Origin: an uncultured bacterium
Lineage (GTDB): Bacteria > UBP14 > UBA6098
DNA length: 64,000 bases
Assembly: GCA_964459995.1 (NCBI GenBank)
Contig: CAYWOR010000001.1
Coordinates: 145,328-209,327, forward strand
Direction of reading: 5' to 3'
The notes beneath the pieces are model-generated. The model worked only from the letters and a program-made list of their open reading frames with translations, was not told the origin of the DNA and searched no databases. The translations under genes and the position numbers were made by a program. Shown here in pieces: positions 55,291 to 64,000 of the stretch (its first letter is position 1; each line of letters starts with the position of its first letter).

Positions 55291-58200
55291 CTACTTGAGG
55301 AGAACCATTCTCCTGGTTGTCGAACCTGTGTTGGTCGTGAGTTTGTAGAAATAAATTCCACTCTCGACCGAACGGCCCTCGGCATTGGTGCCGTCCCAGA
55401 TTATCTTTTGGACGCCGGGCTTGAAGCTCTCATCGACGAGGGTGTTCACCTTTTTGCCGAGCATATCGTAAATCGACAGTTCGACATTGGTGTATTCCTC
55501 GACCTTGAACTCGATAGCGGTCGCGGCGTTGAAGGGGTTGGGAACATTGCCGAACAGGCTTATTTCCTGCGGCAACTCGAAGGGCTTCTCATCGATATTA
55601 TCGACGATTCCGAAGGCGTCGAAAATCTGAATTGCGATGCCGGCGGTTGTTCCGACCGGAATATCGATTATCGACGCGAGATATGTGCTTGTGCACAGAG
55701 TCTTGCAATCGTAACCGGTATGCTCGCGCCATACACCTCTGCCATTGCTGGCATTTGGCATCGGAGCGGTAAGCTGGGAGGTAAGCACGGTGAATGCGCC
55801 TGTTCCAAGCCTATGCTCGAATTCATCGACACCGTAGTCGGAGATATGACCCATCGAATAATCCTTGGTGAATCCGGGCGAGAACAATGGCGTAGTTCCT
55901 GTCAGCTGGCGGACATTGCCCTCCAGTGATCCGATTCCCATATCGTAGAAATGCACTCCGAAAATGGTGAACAGCGAATCGTAGGAGTTGTTCGCCGCAG
56001 TTGCACCGTTGCTGGAGAGAATCTGCATCGCGTCGGCTCCCTCGATGAACATTTGGCCGCCATTGTAGAGATAATCGCGGAGAATGTGCCATTCGGCTAC
56101 TCTCGGACGCGGCCCGAGCCATCCGGAATAGGAAAGCGGGTTCCATTCGATTATGATGAGATCGAATAGCGGGTTATCCGAAGCGTCGAGAAGCTCGGTA
56201 ACATAGAGTCTGTCATGTTCGCCGGTAACCGTGATATCAGAAGCCGGAACACCGAGGTCGAGAAGGAGGTTATAAAGCGAATCGGTCGGATCCCATGCCC
56301 AGCCGAGACCTTCCTCTATTGTTTCTCCGCCGGCCCAATCGATGATGAGTATTCTGTTGGGTGCCGGGCTGACATTGGTGTAGCCAACTGCGATGTTCGA
56401 GAGCGGGCTTGCTCCGCTGGCGTAATTAGCGACCATACCGTAGTAGTAGTTGGTTCCCGGTGTAATCGCGGTATCGATATAACCGACGATTGTGTCGGGA
56501 AGAACAGCGATAAGAGTTGCAACTGCGGTGTCCGAGAAAGCGGAGGTGTGCCTGTAGAGTCTGAAGGAGACTGGGTCTTCCATCGGGCGCATTCTCGGGG
56601 TGCTTCTTTCGATTTCCTCGATGCCCAGAGGCTCTCTCTCGACAAAGTTATGATAGCTCTGAAGATCGCGAGTGCTACGGACTTTCGTGTGCTGAAGAGC
56701 TTCATTAAGAGGCATTGTGATTTCCGACGACCTCGATCCGGAGGTAGTTGTAACATAGGCCTCCACAACGAAGTCGATATCGGCGTTGTTGACAGAATTG
56801 CCATACCAATCCCAAACACTGTCTCTGGCATAATAAATCCATGTGAGTGTATCGGGAGTTGTGTAATCCTGCCGAACGAAGATACAGTTCGGATACTCGC
56901 CGACATCGATCCATCCGACATAGAAAACATCGGTGCCAACATGTAACGGCGGATCGATAACAAATTCGCGTGTTTCGAAATCGACAGTAGTCGGGAATGT
57001 AATCGTCAACGGAGTAATCATATCCGCGCCTGGCCCGCCGGAGTCGTGCTCAGCCCAGATATGAATTCTGGTCTGCGTTCCCGGAGTAAGTGTGGCGAGG
57101 TCGATGCTGACCTTTGTAAGCATCGCGTCCACGGTGGGAGCGACGAAGGGCATCGCATAACCGCCACCCGGATAACCATAGGGAGAATACCAAATAAAAG
57201 GATCATTCTCGCCGCAGGATATGCCTCTGCCGGCATGCGAAAGAAGAAGCGTGTCGCCCAAAGTCGGTTCGCGCCAGTTTACATAAATAAACTCCGGGTA
57301 GCAGGGACGGTTGGTCGCCTGAACATTGGCCGGAGGATTGAGGCTGACAACGGGGATATCCAGCGTGTCGAGAGTCGGGGTAAGCACCAAGTCGCTTGTA
57401 ACGTTAAGGCTGGGGTTATTATACGTCACATATCCCGCATGGGAAGCCGTGAAAGTATATGTCCCAGCTTCGACATCGAATGAGAAGCTACCGGTTGAGG
57501 CGGTAACAATCGAGTCGGCGAAGCCCACACCGATCATCTTAACCTTTGTGCCCGAAAAATCGGAAGTGCCTTCGAGAGAAACCACACCGGAAACGTTATA
57601 AGTCGATGCAATCTCGAAAAGGTAGAAATCCACACCGGTTGTGTCGCCGTGAAGCGTGAACGAGGTGCTTGCTGGTGTGTATCCGGGGTATGTAACATGG
57701 AGATCGATCGGTCCGAGCGGAACTGCGTCGAGGGTGTAGTTGCCCAAAGCATCGGTGGTCGTTTCGATATCGTTCACCCAATCGGAAACAACAGCACCGG
57801 AGTGATCGGACATGCCATCGAGGCTGACCGTGCCGGAAATGCTTCCGGTGAGAAGAGCGAGGTTGAAATTAAGAGTAGTGTCGTTCGCGATTGTTACATA
57901 AAGCGTTTCGGCCATATAACCTTCGTGCCAAGCGATAACGGTGTAAATTCCGCCCGGAACGCCGCAAACACTGTATGCACCGACAGCGTCAGTGGAATCG
58001 TGGTATGCGCCGACGAAAACGACCGAGTTGGAATAAACCGATGTGCCTTCGAGAGTAACAGTTCCGGATACGCAGAAAACGGTGTCTTCACATTCGGTTG
58101 TGAAAGAGGCGTTTCCGATTCCGAGATTTCCGGCCATATCCTCGGCGGTAACCTGCCATGCGAGAGTGGAGCATGCCGGAAGATCGACACCGAGTGCGGC

Positions 58201-58947
58201 TGTGTTCACGAGTGCTCTTGTTCCGCCAGTAATCGGAGTTTTGGTGATGAACATACTGGGGATTGTTATTCCGAAGGCGGTAATTCCGATGGAAGATTCA
58301 TCGATGCCACTGGGGTCGAGGATATCGACCGAGAAAATCGTGGTTGAGATGGGGACATCGACAGCGCCGTTGGCCGGCACCCAATTTGTGAATGTCGGCG
58401 GTGTAATGTCAGTGGTGTCTTCGAGGACGAAGCGGATTTTAATCCATTCCATCCAGCTTGCGGCTTTGATCCTCGTAACCGATGACATATCTACCGCTGT
58501 GCTCCAGTCCGGTTCAGAACCTACGAAAGCAACAGCGGCTTTGAAAGAACCATGTGCGGGCAGAGGCTCGCCGGTCCAATCGACCGTTACGCTATCGGGA
58601 TACATTGTTCCGCCCCAGAAGACTGTCCAGATTATTGTATCCTGCGTGCTACTTCTGGCATCGACAGTAAGGGCGGTAATCGGCCACCCCGGATCGGTAA
58701 TCGGGAAAAAGGCATAAAAACCGCTTGGTGGTGCCGGTGGAGCGGCGACATCGACAACGATTGTGTCGGTTCCAATTATGACGGAAGGATCGTATAGATC
58801 CGAACCGTAGATACTTGTTTTGATGGTGAGAGTTTTGACTGTATCCGGATTTCTATAAACGTCCAGATCGATATTCCACTCCTGGGCGAGTCCGGTTGCG
58901 ATCAGTCCGAGAACCGCAATAATAGCTAAGATATTGCACCTTCTCAT
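55291..58947 (-). CDS. Large modular secreted protein: GxDGYD-like module, Ig-like domain, 3 carboxypeptidase-regulatory-like repeats, interrupted Fn3, alpha/beta domain, FlgD/T9SS-type CTD
   Basis: Signal MRRCNILAIIAVLGLIATGLA-Q. RBS AAGGAGG. C-terminus GNVPNPFN...WDGTNAEGRSVESGIYFYKL...RRMVLLK. Confidence 0.87.
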   Translation of the reverse strand: MRRCNILAIIAVLGLIATGLAQEWNIDLDVYRNPDTVKTLTIKTSIYGSDLYDPSVIIGTDTIVVDVAAPPAPPSGFYAFFPITDPGWPITALTVDARSSTQDTIIWTVFWGGTMYPDSVTVDWTGEPLPAHGSFKAAVAFVGSEPDWSTAVDMSSVTRIKAASWMEWIKIRFVLEDTTDITPPTFTNWVPANGAVDVPISTTIFSVDILDPSGIDESSIGITAFGITIPSMFITKTPITGGTRALVNTAALGVDLPACSTLAWQVTAEDMAGNLGIGNASFTTECEDTVFCVSGTVTLEGTSVYSNSVVFVGAYHDSTDAVGAYSVCGVPGGIYTVIAWHEGYMAETLYVTIANDTTLNFNLALLTGSISGTVSLDGMSDHSGAVVSDWVNDIETTTDALGNYTLDAVPLGPIDLHVTYPGYTPASTSFTLHGDTTGVDFYLFEIASTYNVSGVVSLEGTSDFSGTKVKMIGVGFADSIVTASTGSFSFDVEAGTYTFTASHAGYVTYNNPSLNVTSDLVLTPTLDTLDIPVVSLNPPANVQATNRPCYPEFIYVNWREPTLGDTLLLSHAGRGISCGENDPFIWYSPYGYPGGGYAMPFVAPTVDAMLTKVSIDLATLTPGTQTRIHIWAEHDSGGPGADMITPLTITFPTTVDFETREFVIDPPLHVGTDVFYVGWIDVGEYPNCIFVRQDYTTPDTLTWIYYARDSVWDWYGNSVNNADIDFVVEAYVTTTSGSRSSEITMPLNEALQHTKVRSTRDLQSYHNFVEREPLGIEEIERSTPRMRPMEDPVSFRLYRHTSAFSDTAVATLIAVLPDTIVGYIDTAITPGTNYYYGMVANYASGASPLSNIAVGYTNVSPAPNRILIIDWAGGETIEEGLGWAWDPTDSLYNLLLDLGVPASDITVTGEHDRLYVTELLDASDNPLFDLIIIEWNPLSYSGWLGPRPRVAEWHILRDYLYNGGQMFIEGADAMQILSSNGATAANNSYDSLFTIFGVHFYDMGIGSLEGNVRQLTGTTPLFSPGFTKDYSMGHISDYGVDEFEHRLGTGAFTVLTSQLTAPMPNASNGRGVWREHTGYDCKTLCTSTYLASIIDIPVGTTAGIAIQIFDAFGIVDNIDEKPFELPQEISLFGNVPNPFNAATAIEFKVEEYTNVELSIYDMLGKKVNTLVDESFKPGVQKIIWDGTNAEGRSVESGIYFYKLTTNTGSTTRRMVLLK

Positions 58948-59006
58948 TAAATCCTCCTTCTTTGAGTTATTTTTTAATCGATTAATACAACTTGTATATT
59001 GTTATG

Positions 59007-59034
59007 AATTTAATCCTTAATAAATGAATGTCAA
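59007..59034 (-). promoter_or_regulatory. Putative sigma70 promoter
   Basis: TTGACA-16-TAAATT on the minus strand. Confidence 0.55.
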
Positions 59035-59125
59035 GCCATAATTGTGTTATATTATTTCCGATGTAATACCCAGATGCATAGGGGATGAAGCTTTCGGCAA
59101 AAAAATCGCACTCTTGCCCTTCCGC

Positions 59126-59154
59126 TTGACTTATGCCGTTAATGCGTATATTTT
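59126..59154 (+). promoter_or_regulatory. Putative sigma70 promoter for the HD-purM-lnt-porZ-like operon
   Basis: TTGACT-17-TATTTT. Confidence 0.5.
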
Positions 59155-59177
59155 GGTTAACGAACGAAAGGAAACTC

Positions 59178-59843
59178 ATGACCGAAGTTACAGCAGACAC
59201 CATCAGACACGACCCGGAAATAATCGATCTCGTCGAGATTGCAAATAGGAACCTCGAAGCCGCAGGCTATACTGACCACGGTTTCGGACATACAACAGTA
59301 GTCGCGAATCGGGCGAAACAGCTTCTTATTAAACTCGGAAAAGAACCGCGCACTGCGGAATTAGCCGCAATCGCCGCGCTTATGCACGATGTCGGCAACG
59401 CGGTCAACCGCCGAGGGCATGCGATGTTGGGTGCTATCCTCGCAAAGCCAATACTTATGCGCCTCGGCATGCCCATCCACGAGGTTCACGAGGTTATCGC
59501 CGCAATCGGAAACCACCACGAGGGCGAGGGTGATATGGTCTCGGATATTGCCGCGGGGCTTGTTCTCGCGGATAAATCGGATGTTCGGGAATCGCGTGTG
59601 CGTGCATCCGGAGACATTATCGGCGATATTCACGATAGGGTGAATTTTGCCGCGAAAAAAAGCGAACTATACGTCGCCGAGGAGGGCGGAATTATCGGCA
59701 TCGAGATCATTGTCGATCCGCAGGTGGCCACGGTGATGGAATATTTCGAGATTTTTCTTGCCAGAATGAATGCCTGCCAGCTTGCGGCTGTTCATTTCGG
59801 TGCAAAATTCGAACTTATCATCAATGGAGTAAAATTAGCATGA
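59178..59843 (+). CDS. HD-domain phosphohydrolase
   Basis: GYTDHGFGH, LMHDVGNAVNR, IGNHHE, LADKSDV. Start at ATG 59178 after AAGGA. Confidence 0.85.
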   Translation: MTEVTADTIRHDPEIIDLVEIANRNLEAAGYTDHGFGHTTVVANRAKQLLIKLGKEPRTAELAAIAALMHDVGNAVNRRGHAMLGAILAKPILMRLGMPIHEVHEVIAAIGNHHEGEGDMVSDIAAGLVLADKSDVRESRVRASGDIIGDIHDRVNFAAKKSELYVAEEGGIIGIEIIVDPQVATVMEYFEIFLARMNACQLAAVHFGAKFELIINGVKLA

Positions 59844-60880
59844 CGGGCGAGAATTATAAATCCGCAGGCGTTGATTTGGACGCCGCAGTTGTCGCCACCA
59901 AAAAAATCGCCGCGCTTGCCAAATCGACATTCTCGGCAGATGTCGCGAGCGAGATAGGCGCTTTCGGCGGGATTTACCGGTTTCCATCCGGTTCGGGAAG
60001 CCTCCTTTTGGCCTCCGCGGATGGTGTCGGCACGAAGCTTAAGGTTGCCTCCGCCGCTGGAATTTTTAACACTGTAGGCCAGGATTTGGTCAATCATTGT
60101 ATCAACGACATCCTCACTCTCGGTGCAAAACCGCTTTTTTTCCTCGATTATATCGGCTACTCAGACCTCGGCCCGGAGGAAATTGCCTCGGTTGTCGAGG
60201 GGCTTAGCAAAGCCTGCGGTGAGAACGGGGTTTCCCTTATCGGCGGCGAAACCGCGCAGATGCCCGGAATATACGGCTCCGGGGAATTCGATCTGGTCGG
60301 GTTCATAGTCGGAACTGCCGTTGAAGAAAGGCTGATTACAGGCTCTGCAATCTCCGCCGGAGACAAGCTAATCGCACTTGTCAGCAATGGCCTTCAGACA
60401 AACGGTTTTTCTCTCGCTCGCAAAGTTCTTCTCGATTCCGACGCATTTGCAATCGACGATAGGCCGGAGGAACTTCACGGAACGAGTGTCGGCGAAGCGC
60501 TTCTTGCGATTCACCCATGCTATCTAAAACCTGTCGAAAGATTGATGGAATCTGTCCAAATCACCGGAATGGCGCATATAACCGGCGGCGGGCTTGCCGG
60601 CAATTTTTCGCGGATTCTTCCCGAAGACTGCGACGCTGTTTTCGATGTTTCTAAAATCCCCTCGCCGCCTATATTCGAGCTGATTAGAAAACATGGCGAT
60701 ATACCATCACAGGAGATGTTCGACGTCTTCAACATGGGCGCGGGTTATGTTATCGCGGTGAAAGCTTCCGACGCGGAGCCTGCGATGGAGATTTTGCGCG
60801 AGATTCAGCAGAACGCCGTTGTGTTTGGCGGAATTACACATGGAAACCACAAGGTGATTTTGAAGGGGCTGGCCGATTGA
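59840..60880 (+). CDS. purM: Phosphoribosylformylglycinamidine cyclo-ligase (AIR synthetase)
   Basis: YKSAGVD, DGVGTK, PLFFLDY, GGETAQMP, AHITGGG, VFNMG. Confidence 0.96.
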   Translation: MTGENYKSAGVDLDAAVVATKKIAALAKSTFSADVASEIGAFGGIYRFPSGSGSLLLASADGVGTKLKVASAAGIFNTVGQDLVNHCINDILTLGAKPLFFLDYIGYSDLGPEEIASVVEGLSKACGENGVSLIGGETAQMPGIYGSGEFDLVGFIVGTAVEERLITGSAISAGDKLIALVSNGLQTNGFSLARKVLLDSDAFAIDDRPEELHGTSVGEALLAIHPCYLKPVERLMESVQITGMAHITGGGLAGNFSRILPEDCDAVFDVSKIPSPPIFELIRKHGDIPSQEMFDVFNMGAGYVIAVKASDAEPAMEILREIQQNAVVFGGITHGNHKVILKGLAD

Positions 60881-62358
60881 GAGCGCCGCGAGAGAGCATC
60901 GGCAGAAAAGACATAATCTACGCGATTATCGGCGGAGTTTTCTTTTCCGCATCGCAACCACCGCACCAAACGGCATTTTTAGCGTGGTTCTGCCTCGTTC
61001 CGCTTTTTCTTGCGATGAGCGGGAAATCCTATCGTGGAGCCTTTGCGCTTGGCTATCTTTGGGGGGTCACATCGAATCTCATCTCGCTCTATTGGATAGC
61101 GGTTCCGACGCTTCCGGGGATGATTGCGGCGATTATTATCGCATCGCTATATACGGCCCTTTTCGCGATGGCTTTTTCCTTCGTCGAGCGGCGGAACTAC
61201 ACTGTCGCGCTCGCCGTATCACCGGTTTTATGGGTTGGAATGGAGTTCCTTCGCGGGTTCGGCCAGCTCGGATTTCCATGGATGGACCTCGGATATTCTC
61301 AGGGCATCTATCGTGTGATAATCCAAATTGCGGATTTGGTCGGGCATAGGGGGATAAGTTTTTGGCTCGTCTCGATCAATGCCCTTTTTGTGGCTTTTAT
61401 TATAGCAAAAAAGCGCAGATGGATTTATCCGGTTTCTATTGCGGTGCTTTTCGCAATAGTCTTGATTTACGGGCTTTGGCGGCTTTCGCAACCACCTCCG
61501 CCCGAGACGATTAGAATCGCGCTTGTGCAAAGCAATATCACCGCAGAAGACAAGTGGGAAAAGGATTTCCGCCGGAAAAGCATCGACTATTACATCGAAA
61601 TGGCGCGCGAAATCGACGAACCGATCGATCTCCTCGTCCTTTCGGAGACCGCCACCGCGCATTATCATCGCGATAATCCCCATATTGTTGACAAACTCGC
61701 GGAACTTTCTATGCTTGTGAATGCGCCCATCCTCTCAGGCACGCTCGATTACGACCCCGCTGATCGCAGGCGGCTTTATTATAACTCCTCCGGGCTTTTC
61801 ACAGCGGACGGTGTTCGGGGGGTTTACAACAAAATAAATCTTGTGCCGGGAAGCGAGCATGTCCCATTTCAGAACTATTTTCCCGCACTTCGCAAACTCG
61901 ATTTGGGCGGAAGCCATTTCGCGATGGGGGATTCTATCGTTGTTTTCGAGGTTGACGGCATGCGTTTTTCCGCGCCGATTTGTTATGAGATACTTTTTGG
62001 ATGCACTGTTCGCCGATATGCCGCCGGTGGCGCGGATTTCATAACAAATATCACCAACGACGGCTGGTTTGGTGCAACTCCCGGGCCATATCAGCATGCC
62101 AATTTCACCCGTTTTCGCGCGGTCGAGAACCGGTTCGGGGTTGGAAGATCGGCGCAGACTGGAATCTCGCTTATCTGCGACGAAACCGGAAGAATTACAA
62201 AACAGCTCGCACTTAACAGCAAAGGCATTCTTATCGGCGATGTGCCGGTTCGAACCCGCAAAACGCTTTTCACAAAACTCGGCGATTGGATTGGATATGG
62301 CAGCTTTTTTGCTTCACCGCTGATTCTTATACTAACCGGACTATTATTGAAAAAGTGA
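60877..62358 (+). CDS. lnt: Apolipoprotein N-acyltransferase
   Basis: GFPWMDLGYSQ, VQSNI, SETA, YNKINLVP, ICYE, ITNDGWF, QH, RAVEN. TTG start overlaps the purM stop. Confidence 0.93.
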   Translation: MRAPRESIGRKDIIYAIIGGVFFSASQPPHQTAFLAWFCLVPLFLAMSGKSYRGAFALGYLWGVTSNLISLYWIAVPTLPGMIAAIIIASLYTALFAMAFSFVERRNYTVALAVSPVLWVGMEFLRGFGQLGFPWMDLGYSQGIYRVIIQIADLVGHRGISFWLVSINALFVAFIIAKKRRWIYPVSIAVLFAIVLIYGLWRLSQPPPPETIRIALVQSNITAEDKWEKDFRRKSIDYYIEMAREIDEPIDLLVLSETATAHYHRDNPHIVDKLAELSMLVNAPILSGTLDYDPADRRRLYYNSSGLFTADGVRGVYNKINLVPGSEHVPFQNYFPALRKLDLGGSHFAMGDSIVVFEVDGMRFSAPICYEILFGCTVRRYAAGGADFITNITNDGWFGATPGPYQHANFTRFRAVENRFGVGRSAQTGISLICDETGRITKQLALNSKGILIGDVPVRTRKTLFTKLGDWIGYGSFFASPLILILTGLLLKK

Positions 62359-64000
62359 AATACAAGCTTCTAATCCTACTTTTTGCCGCAATCCTTTTCG
62401 CACAAGTCCCCGGAACATGGGAGACCTTCGGCGACGCCAACTTCGCGAACTGCATAGCAACGCACAACGGCGTGCTCTATGTCGGAAGTAAAGGCGGCAT
62501 AATCGAATACCTCCCCGGAACGCCTGTCGAGGATTTGAAGGTGATGACAAATATTCACGGCCTCGGCGGACTGAATATCGTCGGGCTTCAGGAGCACGGC
62601 GAAAAGCTTTTCTATGCCGCTTCTAATGGCGCTATGGGCCGGCTCGACGGCGGGAAATGGTCGGTTTTTACCGATCTTCTTCGCGATAATGTTGGAATAA
62701 ACGACATTGCCGTTAGCGAAGAACATTTCTATGTGGCTACCTCGAAAGGAGTTAGCCAGATTAAGCCCCTTTCGGGAAATCTTGTCCTCGAGGTTTCACA
62801 GAATTACAATAAAATCAGCAGTTGGGACAGAAATTATCCCATTAACTCGATTACCGCCGACGATACTCTTCTTTGGGTCGGAAGTAACCTTGGGATCGCC
62901 CGTGGACGGCTTGGCGGCAATCTTTTCGTTCCGGAGGCATGGACGATTTTTTCCACCAATCGGCCGGTTTTGGATGTTTTCGCGGACTCCGGCGGGATAT
63001 GGTATATCCTCGAATATGAGCTTGGCTCTCTGAGCATCTTTTTCTTTGACGGCGAACGTGTAGATACACTCGAAGATTCTTTTATGCTCGGCAGGCGTTT
63101 GAACGGCTTTTTCTATTATAATGGAGAGCTTTACGCACACGGCCACGACGGCCTTTTCCGAAGAAGGGATACCGGAAGATTCACGCGGGTTCCTTTGGAT
63201 GCCCATTGGGCGGTCCATGGCGGCGCGGCTTTGGGCGATTCGCTCTATGTTCCGCTCGAAATCGGTTTCGGCGTTTTGCGGCAGGACACGATTCGGCATA
63301 TGAGCATAAACAGCCCATCCGGCGATGCTTTCAGAGGTGTCGCCTTCGCACCGAACGGCGATGTTGCTATTGTCAGCGGTGGGAGCGGCGTTTGCATATA
63401 CAGCAATGGCACATGGGGAAACATCACGGCGAAGTATATGCCCACGATACCCTCAGATTCTGTCTATACGCAGGTTCGGAACAATTTGCATCATATAAAT
63501 AAATGCGCCTACGACGCCAATGGCAATCTTTGGCTCGGAATGACCGGCGATGGTGTTTTCAGATACTCTCCCGACGGCGTTTGGAAGATTTTCGACAAGA
63601 CAAACAGCATTCTTGACGGCTATTCCGCCGGGCCGAATGCGCCACTTTGCTGGGGTCTCGATTACGACGAGGTCCGTGGTCTAATGTGGATTTCGAATTA
63701 CGACAATCTTAGCGGGCTTGCAGTGGCGGCTTTCGAGCCTGAGGGCGATTTGACTTCGCCGATTGTGTCATATTTCACCGGAACCGCGGCGATTCCAAAC
63801 AATTATGTTATGTCGCTGACGGCACAGGGTGGCGATGTTTGGCTCGTTCTCCGTGATCAGGGTGTAACGCTCATCGATCCGGGATACAACATATCCAGCC
63901 ACTCGGACGACTATGTCCGCAATTATTCCGATGTGCTTCCCGGGGCTTCGGCGAATCAGGTAGCGGTTGATTCGGAGGGAATCGCATGGGTGGCGGTTTC
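62355..64000 (+). CDS. PorZ-like beta-propeller secreted protein (two-component-regulator-type propeller repeats), 3'-truncated and absent from the ORF track
   Basis: My translation from GTG 62355 (overlapping the lnt stop): MKYKLLILLFAAILFAQVPGTWETFGD...LYVGSKGG...TNIHGLGGLNI...INDIAV...YVATSKGVS...NLFVPEAW...DANGNLW. Confidence 0.75.
   Translation, partial: MKYKLLILLFAAILFAQVPGTWETFGDANFANCIATHNGVLYVGSKGGIIEYLPGTPVEDLKVMTNIHGLGGLNIVGLQEHGEKLFYAASNGAMGRLDGGKWSVFTDLLRDNVGINDIAVSEEHFYVATSKGVSQIKPLSGNLVLEVSQNYNKISSWDRNYPINSITADDTLLWVGSNLGIARGRLGGNLFVPEAWTIFSTNRPVLDVFADSGGIWYILEYELGSLSIFFFDGERVDTLEDSFMLGRRLNGFFYYNGELYAHGHDGLFRRRDTGRFTRVPLDAHWAVHGGAALGDSLYVPLEIGFGVLRQDTIRHMSINSPSGDAFRGVAFAPNGDVAIVSGGSGVCIYSNGTWGNITAKYMPTIPSDSVYTQVRNNLHHINKCAYDANGNLWLGMTGDGVFRYSPDGVWKIFDKTNSILDGYSAGPNAPLCWGLDYDEVRGLMWISNYDNLSGLAVAAFEPEGDLTSPIVSYFTGTAAIPNNYVMSLTAQGGDVWLVLRDQGVTLIDPGYNISSHSDDYVRNYSDVLPGASANQVAVDSEGIAWVAV

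Noticed and set aside
51087-58947. Diversity-generating retroelement or recent duplication behind the paralogous surface proteins
   Set aside because: There is no reverse transcriptase and I noticed no near-identical nucleotide repeats. The similarity is only at the divergent protein-motif level.

Overview
This is a gene-dense chromosomal window from a diderm bacterium, probably an uncultured non-Bacteroidota FCB-superphylum lineage. The basis is T9SS/FlgD-type C-terminal sorting domains and a PorZ-like gene occurring together with lnt, canonical Shine-Dalgarno sites and sigma70-type promoters. Housekeeping genes are dapA, dapB, lysS, lolC/E, rpsF-rpsR-rplI, pth, hppA, purM and lnt. They are interspersed with a family of large modular secreted proteins (>2480, 1588, ~1369, 1218, 621 and ~322 aa) that share unassigned repeated modules. 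Also present are a six-gene GlmL-like ATPase / DUF6754 membrane cluster of unknown function, two apparent pseudoenzymes (a His-less histidine kinase and a 5'-nucleotidase lacking metal ligands), a probable S6:S18 ribosomal leader and a 10-bp-periodic palindromic intergenic array. I saw no tRNA, rRNA, CRISPR array, transposase, integrase or reverse transcriptase. All family assignments come from motif recognition by eye, not from database searches.
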